Assembly (NCBI RefSeq): GCF_004010195.1
Contig: NC_057718.1
Span: 29,475,206-29,539,205 of the forward strand
Direction of reading: 5' to 3'
Source of the DNA: Chiloscyllium plagiosum
Lineage: Eukaryota
Length of the DNA stretch: 64,000 nucleotides
The notes beneath the pieces are model-generated. The model saw nothing but the letters and a program-made list of their open reading frames with translations, was not told where the DNA came from and searched no databases. This document shows positions 28,645-42,655 of this stretch, one piece after another. The number at the start of each line of letters is the position of its first letter. The stretch's first letter is position 1. A program made the translations under genes and the position numbers.

Positions 28645-29400
28645 AAACAGAGCCATTTAGCCCATCAAGTCTATTCTGTAATTCCACAAGATCATGACTA
28701 ACTTGATAATCCTTAATTCCACTCTCCTGCCTTATCCATAACCCTTAATTCCTTTACTGATTAAAAACACGTCTCAAATTTACTTTAGTAATCAAAGGAA
28801 CCTTGTGAAAGGTTCTTTTGTTCTGGATAACAGTAATAAAGGGAAACAATTTGGCCATTCTAGCGACTGAATTAAAACATTTGCATTCATGGCACAGCTC
28901 TTGTAGTGGATTTTCATTACCAGTGTATTCCTCCTGTTAAAGTCATAACCATACTCAATGACTGAGCTTCCACAGCCATTTGGGGTAGAGATTTCCAAGA
29001 TTCATCACAAAGAAACTCCCCTTCTCAAAACGAGATGGCTTGTACCATTATCTCAGACTGTGTTTACTGCCACTAGAAATCTTGCCTTTCCCTCACCAGC
29101 CAAGCTTTTGTAACCATCCGACATGAATTCTGTTAAGTGCCAATTAGATCTGAGGGGGTCTTTCCTTTATGGTTAAGGATTTTTTTCTCTCAGAGGATCA
29201 TGAATCTTTGAAGCTCCCTTTACCTATGGAAAGCAGGACACTGAATTGTGTTGAGGTAGAGTTTAATAGATTCTTGACTAATAAAAGGTTATCAGGAATG
29301 GGTGGGAATATGGAGTTATGGCCAAAACCAAAATCTGCCACAATGTTACTGAATGGCAGAACAAGCCAGGAGGGTTGAATGGTCTACTCCTGCTCTTAAT
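28645..29400. mobile_element. Cluster of old CR1 3'-end fragments in both orientations
   Basis: Minus-strand tail at about 28645-29030; plus-strand tail ending gaatggtctactcctgctcttaat at about 29400. Confidence 0.6.
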
Positions 29401-30110
29401 TTGGAAACTCAGCACAAACTTGCAAGGAAGCATTCTTTAAAATTCAAATTTGTTACTTGAGGTTACCTTCCCAGAGGCTCTAGTTCACGTATAGTCAGAA
29501 TAAGCAGTTTGCAGAACAATGCTTCCAACTACAATCTGTATGCACTATTCCTGATACAACTCTCTACTCATTGGGCATCCACAGAGAGAATGGCATCCCT
29601 GGCACTCATCATATCTATGAGGCTGCTGTGCTTCTGGACACGCACTTGCATTTTGAAACTGTAACGCTTGGCCAAGGACATTTCTTAACATTTCATAGAA
29701 GGGGGAAGTGGTGCTGAAAATTTCTGACAAACAGAATGCTTCTGGTCAATTGGGTGTTGTAAAGGAGTGGAAATCCTGTTCCAGCATTATAATTCAATGA
29801 GAAAAAATTTTGTAAGTTGAAAACTCTGCTCAGTAACATTTCAAAAGGTTATTCTTTTATATGGGTTGTCTAGTTCTGTTTACTAGTGTGACGTTCAGAA
29901 TAACACCAACATCACAGGTTTGGTTCCCATTCTAAATGAAGACAGACTATGGACCTGCTGCCTAACCCTGCCCCTGAGAATTAAAAGCAATGACAATTCA
30001 CCATGGACAAAAACTGCTAAGGTGGCAGCTCATGATGAAGCAACAGCAGACAATGAACTACTGACGCACCTTCACACAAAGAACACATGATATTATTCTA
30101 TATACAATAC

Positions 30111-30224
30111 CTCAGCTCCACAAAGCAATAGGATTAGTTGCTTCACCGTCTCTCCAATAGGTTTATTGTCCATTTTTAGTTCTGCCAATCTTGCTTCCAG
30201 GGCAGCAATTTTCTCCTCAGACCC
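30111..30224 (-). CDS. LRPPRC: LRPPRC exon (about exon 20), 114 nt
   Basis: GSEEKIAALEARLAELKMDNKPIGETVKQLILLLCGAE; tttgtcag acceptor, GTATTG donor. Confidence 0.93.
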
Positions 30225-30311
30225 CTGACAAATAAAAATTTTATTTGTTACTGACTTAGAAATGGAAAAAAATAGCCATTTAGATAACAGGAAATAATTT
30301 GAACTGTTAAT

Positions 30312-31060
30312 GCACTGGAGGACATCGTTGACTGTGTGGGAGAGGAAATTGCAATCCTTGAAGGAAGAAGCCATCTGGGATGTTCTAAGGTAGAAGTGGC
30401 CCTCCTGGGAGGCGATGCAGTGGAGGCAGAGGAATTGGGAATAAAGGATGATAACTTCACAAGAAATAGGTGTAGTCTGGTAGCTGTGGGAGTTGGTAGT
30501 TTTGTAGTAAATGTCCATGTTTGTTTAGTCGATGGAGGTGGAGAGGTCCAAGAAGGGGCAGGTGATGTCCAAAATAGTCTAGGTGAATTTGAGGTCAGAG
30601 TGGAAGATGTTTATGAAATTCACGAATTGTTCAACCTCGTGGGAGCACGTGGTAGCGCCAATACAGTCATCGATGTAGCGTAGGAAAAGGTAGGGAATGG
30701 TGCCAGTGTAGCCATGGAGTGTAGACTGTTCCATGTACCCAAAGAGGCAGGCAGAGCTGGGGCCCATACAGGTGCCCATGGCTACCCCTTTGGTTTGAAG
30801 GAAATGAGAGGATTGGAAGGAGAAGTTGTTGAGGGTGAGGACCAGTTCAGCCAGGCTGACGAGAGTGTCAGTGGAAAGGTACTGGTTACATCGGTGTGAG
30901 AGGAACAAATGGAAGGCATGAAGGCCTTCATCATGGTGGATAAATGTGTAGAGGGGCTGGATGTCCATGGTGAAGATAAGGTGTTGGGGGTTTGCAGGTG
31001 GCGGAGGATGATGCAATGTATGCGGAGGTTGGTGGGGAAGAATGTGAGGGGGTTTCCTAT
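30312..31060 (-). mobile_element. Penelope-like element reverse transcriptase fragment
   Basis: LIFTMDIQPLYT, LVLTLNNFSF, QTKGVAMGTCMGPS, FLRYIDDC and DIYYKTTNSHSY are PLE RT motifs. Confidence 0.9.
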
Positions 31061-31294
31061 CATATTCCATTCTTTAATATTACTTGCTGCCTTTGTTACT
31101 GGACTGTTTAGTAGGGTAGACTCAATTTACTTCCACATCAAAAACAGGTTTACCTAATAGCCAAACTGATCATTTGCTCTGTAACGGCAAGTTATTTATT
31201 AAGCTAGTATGCTCCACTTTGACTCCTCAAGGCTATAGTGGCCACATGATGTCAACCTGGTCAATAGCTCATTAACATCCTTAGTTCTTATGGA

Positions 31295-31565
31295 ATTGAT
31301 TAGCTCAGTTGGCTGGATGGTGATACTAGGCCATCCCTCTTTAATGTACTAATCCCGTCATTAATTAACAAAGTTACTTTTTCCCCTGTCCTTCCTAAAT
31401 GTCCCATATTGATTCATTTCCGATATTGATGAAGGTCACCACGAAGATCCCATATTCACAACTTGGCCCTCACCTGAGGCATGGTGAACCTCAGTTAAAT
31501 TCACCACCAGTCACCCCTCTCCAATGAGAGAGAAGGTTATGGTCCTTTGGTCTGTGTTGACTTTC
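31295..31565 (+). mobile_element. tRNA-derived SINE, interrupted; same family as 33425-33640
   Basis: tagctcagttggctggatgg head; shared caccaccagtca core. Confidence 0.65.
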
Positions 31566-31809
31566 ATAATCAATTCTTGTCTCAGCTCCTCTGCTGCTGA
31601 AACTATTTTTCATGAATTCAATATCTTAACATTTAACTATTGGGGCTCCTTGATTTACAATATGAAATATGAACGTTTCCTTGCACTTACAAATGGCTAT
31701 TTTGTTTTGTCTTTTATTGTGTCCCAACTTGCGTACAAATTGACTTGCAAATGGACAAGTACAGAAGCTGAACTTGCATCAAGTCTCATTTAACTGTACT
31801 CCCACCCTT

Positions 31810-32005
31810 GCTGATGTACAGTGGCTTCTGGTCAAGCAAATTCTTGATTTTAAATTGTCATCATTGTTTCAAAACTCCTCTGTGGCTGCATCCTTCTCAA
31901 CCTTGTAATTTCCTCTAGTTCACAACAATCCTCCAAGATATGCCTATTCGGGTCACTTCAGCACCCCTAGTTTCAACTGCTGCATTATTGGCTCAAAAAC
32001 CTTTG
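31810..32005 (+). mobile_element. L2-like LINE RT C-terminal remnant
   Basis: Reads as DFKLSSLFQNSSVAASF, a degenerate FKIL..VFK.L.G.AP.YL L2 motif. Confidence 0.45.
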
Positions 32006-32299
32006 TGAGAGATGTGGATTCAGGCATGTGGACACTGCTACCAGTACTGTAGAAAGCAGATCAATACCATTCAGAAAGTCTATACCTGAATTATTCTGGG
32101 ATCAGGATCCTAAAAAATAACATAACTAGGGAAGTTGAGAGATTTCAAACTAAAAATCAAAATTAGAAGGATGAAATAAGAGTAGAGGACGGTAGTTAGA
32201 TAAAAATAGTAATATAATAAGTAAATGATAACAGAAAGAGCTGGAGCATAAATCTAAGAATAAATCAATGTAAGGAGAAAGATTAAAAAAAATACATAA

Positions 32300-34750
32300 C
32301 TAAAGAAATGATGCATGTAGCATTAGAAACAAAACATATGAACTAACAGCACTAACAGAATTAACAGAATTAAGTAAGCACAACTGAATAGTTATTACAG
32401 AGATGTAACTGCAGGATGACATGAATTGGGACCTTAATGCTGAAGCATACACGACATTTAGGAAGGACAGGAAAAAGTGGAAGGACGGCTTTATTAATTA
32501 ATCACGATATTAGTACAATAGAGAGAGATGGCCTTAAAAGATGCAAAAGCACTTCGAATAAAAATGAAAGGCAAGAAGTCACTGTGGGAGAGTTGTACAG
32601 GCTCCCGATCTGTAACCACATGGTAGGGCAGAGTGAAAAGAAAGCAATAATAGGAGCTTGCCAAAAAGGTATTGCAATAAGCATGGAGTAATTTTAGTCT
32701 ACATATGGAGCTGAGAAAAACAGCAGGATAAAGGTCGACTAGATGAACAGGTCACAGAATGTCTTTAAGATAGTTTTTTTAGCATAGCACATTCTAGTTG
32801 CAAATAGACAACAGGCTATGCTAGACCTGAAATTGTGCAATGAGAAGGGATTAATTAATAATCTCATAGTGAAGGTGCACCTAGGTGCAGTGATCGTAAT
32901 AGGAATGAATTTTATATTTGGTTTGAGGGTGAGAAGAGTGGATCCAAGACCAGTACTTGAAATCTAAATAAGGCAATTATTATGATATAAAAGGAGTGTG
33001 AGTTAAAACAAAATCACAAATTATTTAGGGGATAGACAACAGACATGCACTGGAATATTTCAGAACAGACGCATTCTAAAGAGGTGGGATGGAACTCGCC
33101 ATCCAAGTTAACTAAAAAAAAGTCAAAGATAGTATATCAAATGTAAGCATAATGCATATAATTATGCCAAGCCAAGTTGCAGGCCATAAGACTGAACCAG
33201 AAAATAAAGATCAGCAAAGGATGATTAAAATACATATCAGGGCAAAATTACAGCACAGTAGAGCATGAGAAAACTACCTAGAAATAAAAAAAATAGCTAG
33301 CAAGAACTTAGAAGAATATTTTGTTTTTTATAAAGTGGTTATAAAATAAATCTGGGTAAACATTAATAAAAATAAAGCAGTTAGAAGATAATTTGAATAG
33401 CAATGTTGCATCAGTCTTCATATAGAGGTCAGCTCAGTTGGTGGGATGGCTGGTTTGTGATACAGAGTGATGCCAACAGTATGGATTCAATTCCCATACC
33501 AGTGGAGATCACCAAGAAGATCACATCTTCTCAACTTCGTCCCTTCTCAAGCTGTCACACCCCTCAGATTAAACCACCACCAGTCATCTCTCTCTTTCTC
33601 ATGACTCAGCAGCCCTTTGATCCTATGACAACTTTACCTACCAGAAACAGCTTGTAATTAGGAAATAGAAAAAGACAGAGGAGCTCAAACAAATTACAAT
33701 AAGCAGGAAAGCAGGACTGAATAAATTTTTGAGCTATGTTTGACAAGTCCTGATGGACTTCATTCATGCATATTTGAAGAAGTGGAAAGTGTGACAGTTG
33801 ATTGTATTATTAGAAAATTAAAAGTATTCTCGAGATCTGCAAAAAAGGGCCATGACACTGGAAGATAACAATAGCGTTTATGCAAAAGGAACAGGGACAG
33901 AATGTAGAAAACTATTTTTATCCGTCAAGGGGAAAATGTTAGTAGCTATTATTAAAGATATTATAGCAGGACACTTGGAAACATTGGACAAGGTAATCAG
34001 GCAGTCAACATGTTTTCTGAAAGAGAAGCCAATTTAACCAATGTAGTGGAGTTCTTCAAAGAAATAACATGCTATGGATAAAGGGGAATCTGTGGGTGTG
34101 TTGTATTCGCTAAGATGTCACATCGAAGGTTATTACAGAAAATAATAGTTCATGGTGTATGGGATAATATATTGGCATTATGGCGGATATTCTGGCTGAT
34201 AGGAAACAAAGTCAACATAAAAAGCTAACTTTCTGGTTGGCAAACAGCAATGAGTGGTAGGCTGCAGGGATCAGTGCTGGGACCTCATATAACTGACTTT
34301 GAAAGAGGAATTGGCAGTGTAGTAGCTATACTTGCTGATGATACAAAAAACGGTCATTAAGTTATACAAAAGTAGGAGTTCATACTTCGAGAGACCACAT
34401 CTGAAGTATTGTGTACAATATCAGTCTCCTTATTTAATGATGCATGTAAATGCATCAGAAACAGTTCAAAGTATGTTTGCTGTACTATAATGTGGAATGG
34501 CTAATTAGGCTGGGCTTGTATATGGAGAGATAAGCAGTCACTTGATTGAAACTTACAGGATCCTTAAAAGTCTTGACAGTGTGGATGTATAGACAATCTA
34601 GAGAAAGGGGTTATCAAATTTCTTTGGAGCAGTCTTTCTGAAAAGATTAGGGAAGCAGAGTCCTGATTTTTTTTTTAAGGCACAAATTCTTGTTAGGCAT
34701 GAGGGTGTGAGGTTATCAAACAGAATGAAGATTTGAGGTTACAATCAAAA
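32300..34750 (+). mobile_element. Long, heavily degraded CR1 ORF2 (endonuclease to RT)
   Basis: aggaaggacagg APE-like segment, ctagacctg (LDL), gcagggatcagtgctgggacc (QGSVLGP), ttgctgatgatacaaa (ADDTK), gaagtattgtgtaca (YCVQ). Confidence 0.8.
33425..33640 (+). mobile_element. tRNA-derived SINE nested in the old CR1
   Basis: A-box-like cagctcagttgg, B-box-like ggattcaattcc; body shared with 31295-31565. Confidence 0.7.
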
Positions 34751-34754
34751 TGTA

Positions 34755-35285
34755 GCCAGTACCTCATACCTAATGATTCCCCAAAACCTGTTCACCAGCA
34801 ATAAGGCACATGTCAAGACTGTAATAGAATACGTGTAGCTCAAGCAACACTGATGTCACCCATGACAAAGCAGCCCACTTGACTGGCAACACATCCACAA
34901 TCATTCATCCTCTTCACCACCAGATACTGAGTAGCAGCAGTGCAAACCATCTATAAGGCTCCTTAGACAGTTACCTCTCAAGTCAATGACGTCTACCATC
35001 TAGAAGGACAAAGGTAACAGGTATACGGGAACACCACCACTTCCATGTGCCAGCCATTCCCCCCCCGCCGACCCCTCCAAAAGGCCATCCACCACCCAGA
35101 CTTGGAAATATATTGCCACCCCATAAGTGTCACTGGATCAAAACCCAAGAACTCCCTCTCTAATGGCATTGTGGTTTACCTACACCTAATGACTTGCAGT
35201 AGTTTAAGACAGCAGCTCACTACAATCTTCTTATGGGCACTAAATGCTGGCCTACTTAATGATTGCCACATGCTATAAATTCATT
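34755..35285 (+). mobile_element. CR1-group (L2/Crack-like) LINE 3' fragment
   Basis: aaggcacatgtcaagactgtaatagaatac (KAHVKTVIEY), catgacaaagcagcccacttgactggc; same family as 63560-64000. Confidence 0.7.
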
Positions 35286-36379
35286 TAAAAAAAAACAATA
35301 TCCTACTGAATGTCAGAGCTCGTTTAAGGGACTGAATGGCTTTCTCCTGCTCCTAATTTATATTTAAACATAGTTAAAAATAAGGAATCGACTATTTAAG
35401 ACAGCTGAGGTGAATGTTTTTTCTGAGTCACGTATCTTTGGAACTCTCTTCCTCAAAATACAGTGGAAGCAGAGTCTTTGAATATTTTTAAAGCAGCAAA
35501 ATGCATTAAATGGCAGAGTAAACACCAGGGGCCAAATGGCCTACGTCTTCTCTGAACTCATTTGTTTGTATTGGCGGCCACAGCTTCCGTTGGGATTAGC
35601 ATCTCCTTCACCTCTTCCTCTCTCCATTTTGCTATCCTTCTTGAAAGATTCCAAATTGTAACTCATTAATCTTGGTCATTTTATTTTCCAGATGTGACTA
35701 AGCATCATATTTTGTTTGAGCACCTTGGGATCATTATTATGAAGAAGGGGCAATATAAATCTCAGTTGCTATTGTAACATGTAAACTCTCTTCTCACTGT
35801 AATATCCGGATTTTAACTTAATGGGCCAAGAAACCAAAATATATATCTATTCACACCTTTACACTGCCTAATAAATTAAAAATTGCTTGCTTTGAAACAA
35901 ACAACATCAAATCCTATGACACCAGTAATGTATATTCTCCAAAATCTATCAAGATACCCAACACTATGTGCCAGTTATTCCAGTTTGTTCAGTTCCTGAC
36001 TTTAAAAACGCCTGCTGCATTTCTGGTTTCAAGGAGAGACTCTTACACCTTTACACACTTTGGTAATTTTTTGCAGCTGTCTATTAAACACCTTTGGCAT
36101 ACATCTGACAAGATTCAGCTATCACAGCAGATTGAGCTGGAGGATAATGAAAATATACATAAATGCAGAGACAAATAATTCGTTGAATGTACCCAACCAA
36201 ATGAAAAAAAGATAACACAAGGCTTCTAAGGCTGGTTAATCAACTACTTCAGTAAGACTGCAGTTTGCATGAATAAATTAGCTTCATTGTTAAATTAGAC
36301 TAACAGTTTAATTAGGCCAGGCTTCAGTTTTCATATGAAAACATTGTTTTCAAAGCTTCAATATGAACTTTGTACTCAC

Positions 36380-36436
36380 TTTTGGCAGGTCAGCAGCAGA
36401 CAGCTTATCCTGTTCATCAACTAAAACAATGACATC
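36380..36436 (-). CDS. LRPPRC: LRPPRC exon (about exon 19), 57 nt
   Basis: DVIVLVDEQDKLSAADLPK; tttttcag acceptor, GTGAGT donor; phase 0-0; sequence more diverged than neighbours. Confidence 0.82.
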
Positions 36437-37555
36437 CTGAAAAACAACAATTCTTGAATTTAGAAAATGAAGCATTCAATGCTTCTCATTCACTTTCCCT
36501 GTGGGTTAGAAAGTGCTGGAGATAGAGATTCAATAAATTAAAAGATAAAAACTTGGATTCAAATTTCTTAAAATGCTCAGGCATCTTTATTTGTGGACGC
36601 ACTCCTGTAACAGAAGGACAAAGGAAGAAATTGCTTAAGCCTGCAGTGTAATTTCACTTCAGTTCATCACCAACTCACCCGCCTCTCCTAAACAAATAAA
36701 ATCCACAAATCAAAAGAAATCCAAGAAAAATCTCATTTTTCTGTTAATTCCATTCTCTCACATTCAAAGAGGAAACACAAAAAGAAGCCCAGTTACTGAT
36801 CCAGAGATGTTTGAGTCAATGCTGATTGGATACTGAATACATGAAATGGAGGCAAAGGCATCTCAAAAATGCTCAACTACAGAATCTATGCTTAAAACAT
36901 TTTGTTAAGTTTCAGATGAGGCACAGTGCTGGACGTACATGGAAGAACTACATAATGTTCTGATCTGCAACATACCTGGTCAATATGCTATACTCAAGTA
37001 AGCACATTATCAGGAGAAATACTATTTTCAAAGATCTCATCATTGAAAAAAAGTGTTACTATGTCAGGTCTAATTACAGAGTCTGGTCAAGATATCTAAC
37101 TTTACAAATGCAGAGTGACATAGGCATTAGTTTAGGCGGGTTAATAACCTTCGGTTGTCAGGTTGGGTTGATTTGGTATTTAAAAGCTGATTTGTTCTGT
37201 ATACAAAAAAAAAACACTATTACATTATTTACACAAGCTGAGTGCCTTTTAAGATGGACCCATGTCAAATGTATGAACCGCATTCTACACAACAGAAGTA
37301 ATACAGGAACCTATTTTGTGCAAAAACACATGCAAAGTAGATTCATTGGTGATAAAAATGCAACAACTGAGTTATTTCCATTTTCTTGCTTCATCTTAAA
37401 GACAGTGCAATTTCTGTGGATTTAAGGGTGACAGGTAACCTCTGTTACCTATTTCCATGCATGCCATCTTAAAAAGTAATCATGGATACGATTTTTAAAA
37501 AATCATACACCCGTCTGTGTTCACTGCACAGCAAATGAGCTCAGAACCTGACTGA

Positions 37556-38295
37556 TATCAGTTAGGTCACAGCTGGAGTACTGCGTGCAGTTCTGGTTGC
37601 CACACTACATTAGACTAGTTTTTTTAGATTAGATTCCTTACAGTGTAGAAACAGGCACTTCGGCCCTGCAAAACCATTCCGACCCTCCGGAGAGTAACCC
37701 ACCCAGACCCATTTCCCTCTGACTAATACACCTAACACTATGGGCAATTTAGCGTGGCCAATTCACCTGACCTGCGCATCTTTGGACTGGAAGGAAACCG
37801 GAGTACCCGGAGGAAACCCACGCAGACACGGGGAGAATGTGCAAACTTCACACAGACAGTCACCCAAGGCTGGAATCAAACCTGGGTCTCTAGTGCTGTG
37901 AGGCAACAGTGCTAACCACTGAGCCAGGTTGGCTGAGGTATTTTTGCAAGGAAGATAGATTAGATAGGTTGGAATATTTTCCTTAGAGTAGGGAATACTG
38001 AGGTGAGGGGCATAAATAGGGCAGATAGGAAGAAGCTTTTATTCAATTAAGGGGCAGGAACTTTCTAGGAATTTTTTTCACCCAGAGAAGTGTGTGTATG
38101 TGGAACTCACTGCCTAAATGGGCAATAGAGGCAGGAACCATCACAAAACTTTACTGGTATTCCAATGAATACTTGAAATGCCATACCATCCAGTGCTATA
38201 GACCAAGTGGTAAAAAAGTAAAAAACTGGTGCTTAATGACTGACATGGACATGATGGGCCAAAGAGCCTCTTCCCAGCCGGTAACAATCTATGAC
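37556..38295 (+). mobile_element. CR1 3' fragment interrupted by an HE1 SINE
   Basis: ctggagtactgcgtgcagttctgg (LEYCVQFW) before the SINE; MWNSLPKWAIEAG after it. Confidence 0.8.
37610..37926 (-). mobile_element. HE1-type V-SINE, slightly 5'-truncated
   Basis: Highly similar to 15540-15878; A box TGGCTCAGTGG, B box GGTTTGATTCC. Confidence 0.9.
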
Positions 38296-38463
38296 ATTAA
38301 ATGAAGACTGAGTCCTCTTTCAAGTATGGCCTTCCTAAATAACCCTCTATAAAAGTTTGAAAAGATACAGTACTTTAAACGTTACAATATTATGACACAA
38401 TAATACAGTAATTTCCATGCAGAAAAATATCTTTATACAAGATAAATGACAAATGCAAATCAC

Positions 38464-38541
38464 CTTAATTAACTCAGGAATGTGATAAGCGTCCAACAAA
38501 TTTCGAATTCCTTTGTAGATATTTGCTGGAATTACTACATC
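38464..38541 (-). CDS. LRPPRC: LRPPRC exon (about exon 18), 78 nt
   Basis: [26 protein letters not shown]; ttttcag acceptor, GTGATT donor. Confidence 0.95.
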
Positions 38542-38563
38542 CTGAAAAAAACATTTAAAATTA

Positions 38564-38911
<348 letters not shown>

Positions 38912-39383
38912 TTATCAAGACTAATCTACCACAAATCGTTTGTCAGGGCTCAGGATTCTGTATCTGAGATAGCAACAATCATCAATGAGGCATGTGGATA
39001 GTGCTGCTCAGCAGCATATATACAGCAAACAACTCAAATGAAGGAAGCTAAATAGAAGTTAAACGTAGAAATCCCATGAATGTTCACCAACATATTGTCC
39101 AATGTCAATATTTGGCACAAGCATGTTGTTTCTCAGTAAATCCATAAATTTCTTAGTTTAAGTTAAGATGATCAAAAGCTACAAATACAAAAAACATTTT
39201 AAGTTTTAGATTAATAAAAAAACTCACATAAAACAGAAAGATACTGAAAGGTTTTCTGACTACACACTTTAAATTTTTCACTATAAAAAAAAGCAATCAG
39301 TGTACTCCTGTCATCTCTCGAGCCCCATCATTAGGTAGAACGGATTTGTGGGCAAGTTACAATCAAGGAAATTGAAACACTAC

Positions 39384-39441
39384 CAGTCGGTCCTGGAGAA
39401 TTCTGGCAATAACGCTCATCTTTGTACAACAATTCTGTTAT
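39384..39441 (-). CDS. LRPPRC: LRPPRC exon (about exon 16), 58 nt
   Basis: ITELLYKDERYCQNSPGPT; ttttttcag acceptor, GTAGTG donor. Confidence 0.95.
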
Positions 39442-40005
39442 CTGAAAAAACAAAATAATAATATATTGTAGGTGGAAGTAGTACGCAAGAATAAGCAGTG
39501 TTGGAAATTGTATTTTCTAAATAACAAAGCACTTTTCTACAAAGGTATTAATCAACACTATATTGTGGTTTTTCATCTGTAAAATGCTGGACAGAACAGC
39601 GTCCACTCAATAGCTGACTTTCTTTAGGAAATAAAACTGAACAAAATGAGACTATCTCCCAATGACACACATGCTTTTACCACAAAATTGTATTTAACCA
39701 TCCTGATACTAAAGCACCAACTAGGTTATAGAAACATGAATAGTCAGTGTAACCTTTAAATGCATGTCAGTTTTAAATTAATTGCAAAGGAATTTGACAG
39801 GTTAAGTATTCATACAAATTCAACATTTCAACCTAGCAGTTAATCAATGATTTATTAAAAAATGGAGCAAGTTTTAAACACAGAAAATTTAAAGTTTTAT
39901 GCCTATCAAAATTCTAGCATAATTGAATGATTAAATTAAGTAATTTATATTCATACTTCTGATAGGTCATTACAGCCGTCAATTTATTTATTTCCCAGCA
40001 CTTAC

Positions 40006-40033
40006 CTTGGCAAGAAAATCAAAATCCTCAGAC
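40006..40033 (-). CDS. LRPPRC: LRPPRC micro-exon (about exon 15), 28 nt
   Basis: SEDFDFLAK; ctctgcag acceptor, GTAAGT donor; restores the frame between the 70-nt and 58-nt exons. Confidence 0.85.
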
Positions 40034-40929
40034 CTGCAGAGGGCAGCAAAACATAAAGAATTATATTTCAATTATATTTATCTCAAAAAACACTACAGAG
40101 GACCACGAAGAGCAGAACTACCAAACAGCTTTAGAAGTCCTGAAACAAAATGTCCAATTACACTTTCAACAACATGGCAAATTTCACGAAGTACTGCATC
40201 AAAATCAACATTATAGTTGGATTTTAATCATCAAAAAATACAAAAAAGCTTGCCTTTAAAACTGTGTGGTTTATTTTATGCTTTTGGTCATGTATTAAAG
40301 GGAAAATTAGCAGTAACATGAATAAGAGCTTTATGGTACAGGCTAGAAGCAAGATGGACAATGACAGTAACAAATAGGTAAATGAACAGGGTTAGCAACT
40401 ACAACACAGCATGGACTAGGACTGTCCAGGTTCGATCACCCTCTGCCATTCCCATAATCTAAATAATTAAAATGGCTTTTTAAAAAAATTCCAATTGCCT
40501 CATCGGCAGCTTTATAATATTAGTTATTTGTTAATCTGTCATTAGAGTGCAGGTTCATGTTGTGGACTTTTGCCAACCAGTTGACCAGGTGTGCAGAGGA
40601 CGACAATTTGGTTACTTGGATCCAAAATTGGCTCAGTGGCAGGAAGCAGAAAGTGATAGTCAAGGACTGTTTTGACTGTAAGCATGTGTCGAGGAAAGCA
40701 CGATTCGACACAGATCAGTGTTGGCATCCCTGCTGTTTGTGGAATGTGTAAATGATTTAGAATTCAATGCAGAAGGGCTGATCAGTAAGCTCTCTGATAA
40801 AACAGAAGCTGGTTGGGTGGTGCAATGTGAGGAAATCTTTATATCTCAGGAGGATATTGTCAAGCTGGTCAGAAAGGTTAATCAGTAACAAATGGAATTC
40901 AATCTGGTAAATGTGAGATGGTGCACATT

Positions 40930-41455
40930 AGACCACAAGACATAGGAGCAGAAATTAGGCTATTCAGGTCATTGAGTCTGCTCTACCATTCAATCATGGC
41001 TGATAGGTTTCTCAACCCTATTCTCCCACTTTCTCCCGGTAACCCTTGACACTCAAGAACCTATTTCAGTCTTAAATATACTCATGACCTGGCCTCCACA
41101 GCCTTCTGTGGCAATGAATTTCATAGATTCACAACTCTCTGGCTGAAAAGTTTCTCCTTGTCTCCATTCTAAATGGTCTTCCCTTTACTCTAAGGCTATG
41201 CCCTCCGGTTCTAGTCTCTCCGACCAATGGAAACATCTTTTCAACATCTATCCTGACCAATCAGTATCTTTCAGTTAGATACCCCTCATGCTTCCAAATT
41301 CCATCGAGTATAAACCCAGAGTCCTCAAAACATTTCTCAGAGCTTAAGCTTTTCATTCCTGGGACTATTCTTGTGAACCTCCTCTGAACATATTCCAGGA
41401 GCAATACATCCTTCTTGAGATATGGGGCGCAAAACTGTGCACAATACTCCAAATT
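40930..41455 (-). mobile_element. Nested CR1 3' fragment
   Basis: LEYCAQFCAPYLKKDVLLLEYVQRRFTRIVPGMK; 3' UTR ends at about 40930. Confidence 0.9.
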
Positions 41456-41945
41456 GGGCAAGGTAAGTAAGGCAAGGGACCACCTGATGAACTGTAAAAC
41501 CCTGGGAAGCACACAAGATCAGCAAGACTTTGGTGTGCATGTTCACCAATCTATCAAGGTCGCATGGGTTAAGGTGGTATATGGAAGACTTGCTTTTATT
41601 AGCTAAGGCAGACTTTCAGAGCAGGAAGGTTATGCGAGGACTGCATAAAAACATTGGATAGGCCCAGCTCGTGCACAGTTCTGGAATCCACATTATGGGA
41701 GGGATGTGATGCAACTAGAGAAGATGGTGAGTAAATTTACCACGATATTACCTATAAGGTTTAGGTTTGCATAGATGGGTTCTTTCCCTTGGAGGAGAGG
41801 CAACTGAGAGGTACATCATTGACATATATGAAATTGTGAGGGGCATAGACAGGAAGGAATATTACCCTTTCACAGAGTATTAAATGACCAGAGGCCATAG
41901 ATTTAAAATAAGGGGTGGGGAGTTTAGAGGAGATATCAAGAAAAA

Positions 41946-42462
41946 TCAGAAAGATGTTGTGAAACTTGAAAGGGTTCAGAAAAGATTTACAATGATGTTG
42001 CCAGGGTAGGAGGATTTGAGCTATAGGGAGAGGCCGAACAGGCTGGGACTGTTTTCCCTGGAGCATCGGAGGTGAGGGGTGACCTTATAGAGATTTACAA
42101 AATTATGAGGGGCATGGATAGGGTAAATAGACAAAGTCTTTTCCCTGGGGTGGGGGAGTCCAGAACTAGAGGGCATAGGTTTAGGGTGAGAGGGGAAAGA
42201 TATAAAAGAGACCTAAGGGGCAACTTTTTCACGCAGAGGGTGGTACATGTATGGAATGAGCTGCCAAAGGAAGTGGTGGAGGCTGGTACAATTGCAACAA
42301 TTAAGAGGCACTTGGATGGGTATATAAGTAGGAAGGGTTTGGAGTGATATGGGCCAGGTGCTGGCAGGCGGGACTAGATTGGGTTGGGATATCTGGTCAG
42401 CATGGACGGGTTGGACCGAAGGGTCTGTTCCCATGCTGTACATCTCTATGACTCCATGACTC
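41946..42462 (+). mobile_element. Young nested CR1 3' fragment, subfamily of 5778-7060
   Basis: RGDLIEIYKIMRGMDRVNRQSLFPG...WNELPKEVVEAG; atgactcc/atgactct tail. Confidence 0.93.
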
Positions 42463-42655
42463 TAACCCAGGTGGTGGGAATCTGAAACTCAGCGCCTGTA
42501 AGGATCGTAGAGGCAGAAACCCTCATAACATTTTAGTAGTATTCAGATGCAGACTTGCGATGCCAAGGCATAAAAATGCCATGGCTGAAAAATGGAATTA
42601 GAATAGTTAGGCAGCTATTTTTAACTAGCACACATGGGCCTTTTACTGTGCTGCA

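Larger units (their letters stand above)
40545..42655 (+). mobile_element. Outer CR1 element split by two nested CR1 insertions
   Basis: WIQNWLSGRKQKV; gtgcacatt|tgggcaagg rejoins across 40930-41455; gatatcaagaaaaa|acccaggtggtggg rejoins across 41946-42462. Confidence 0.8.
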
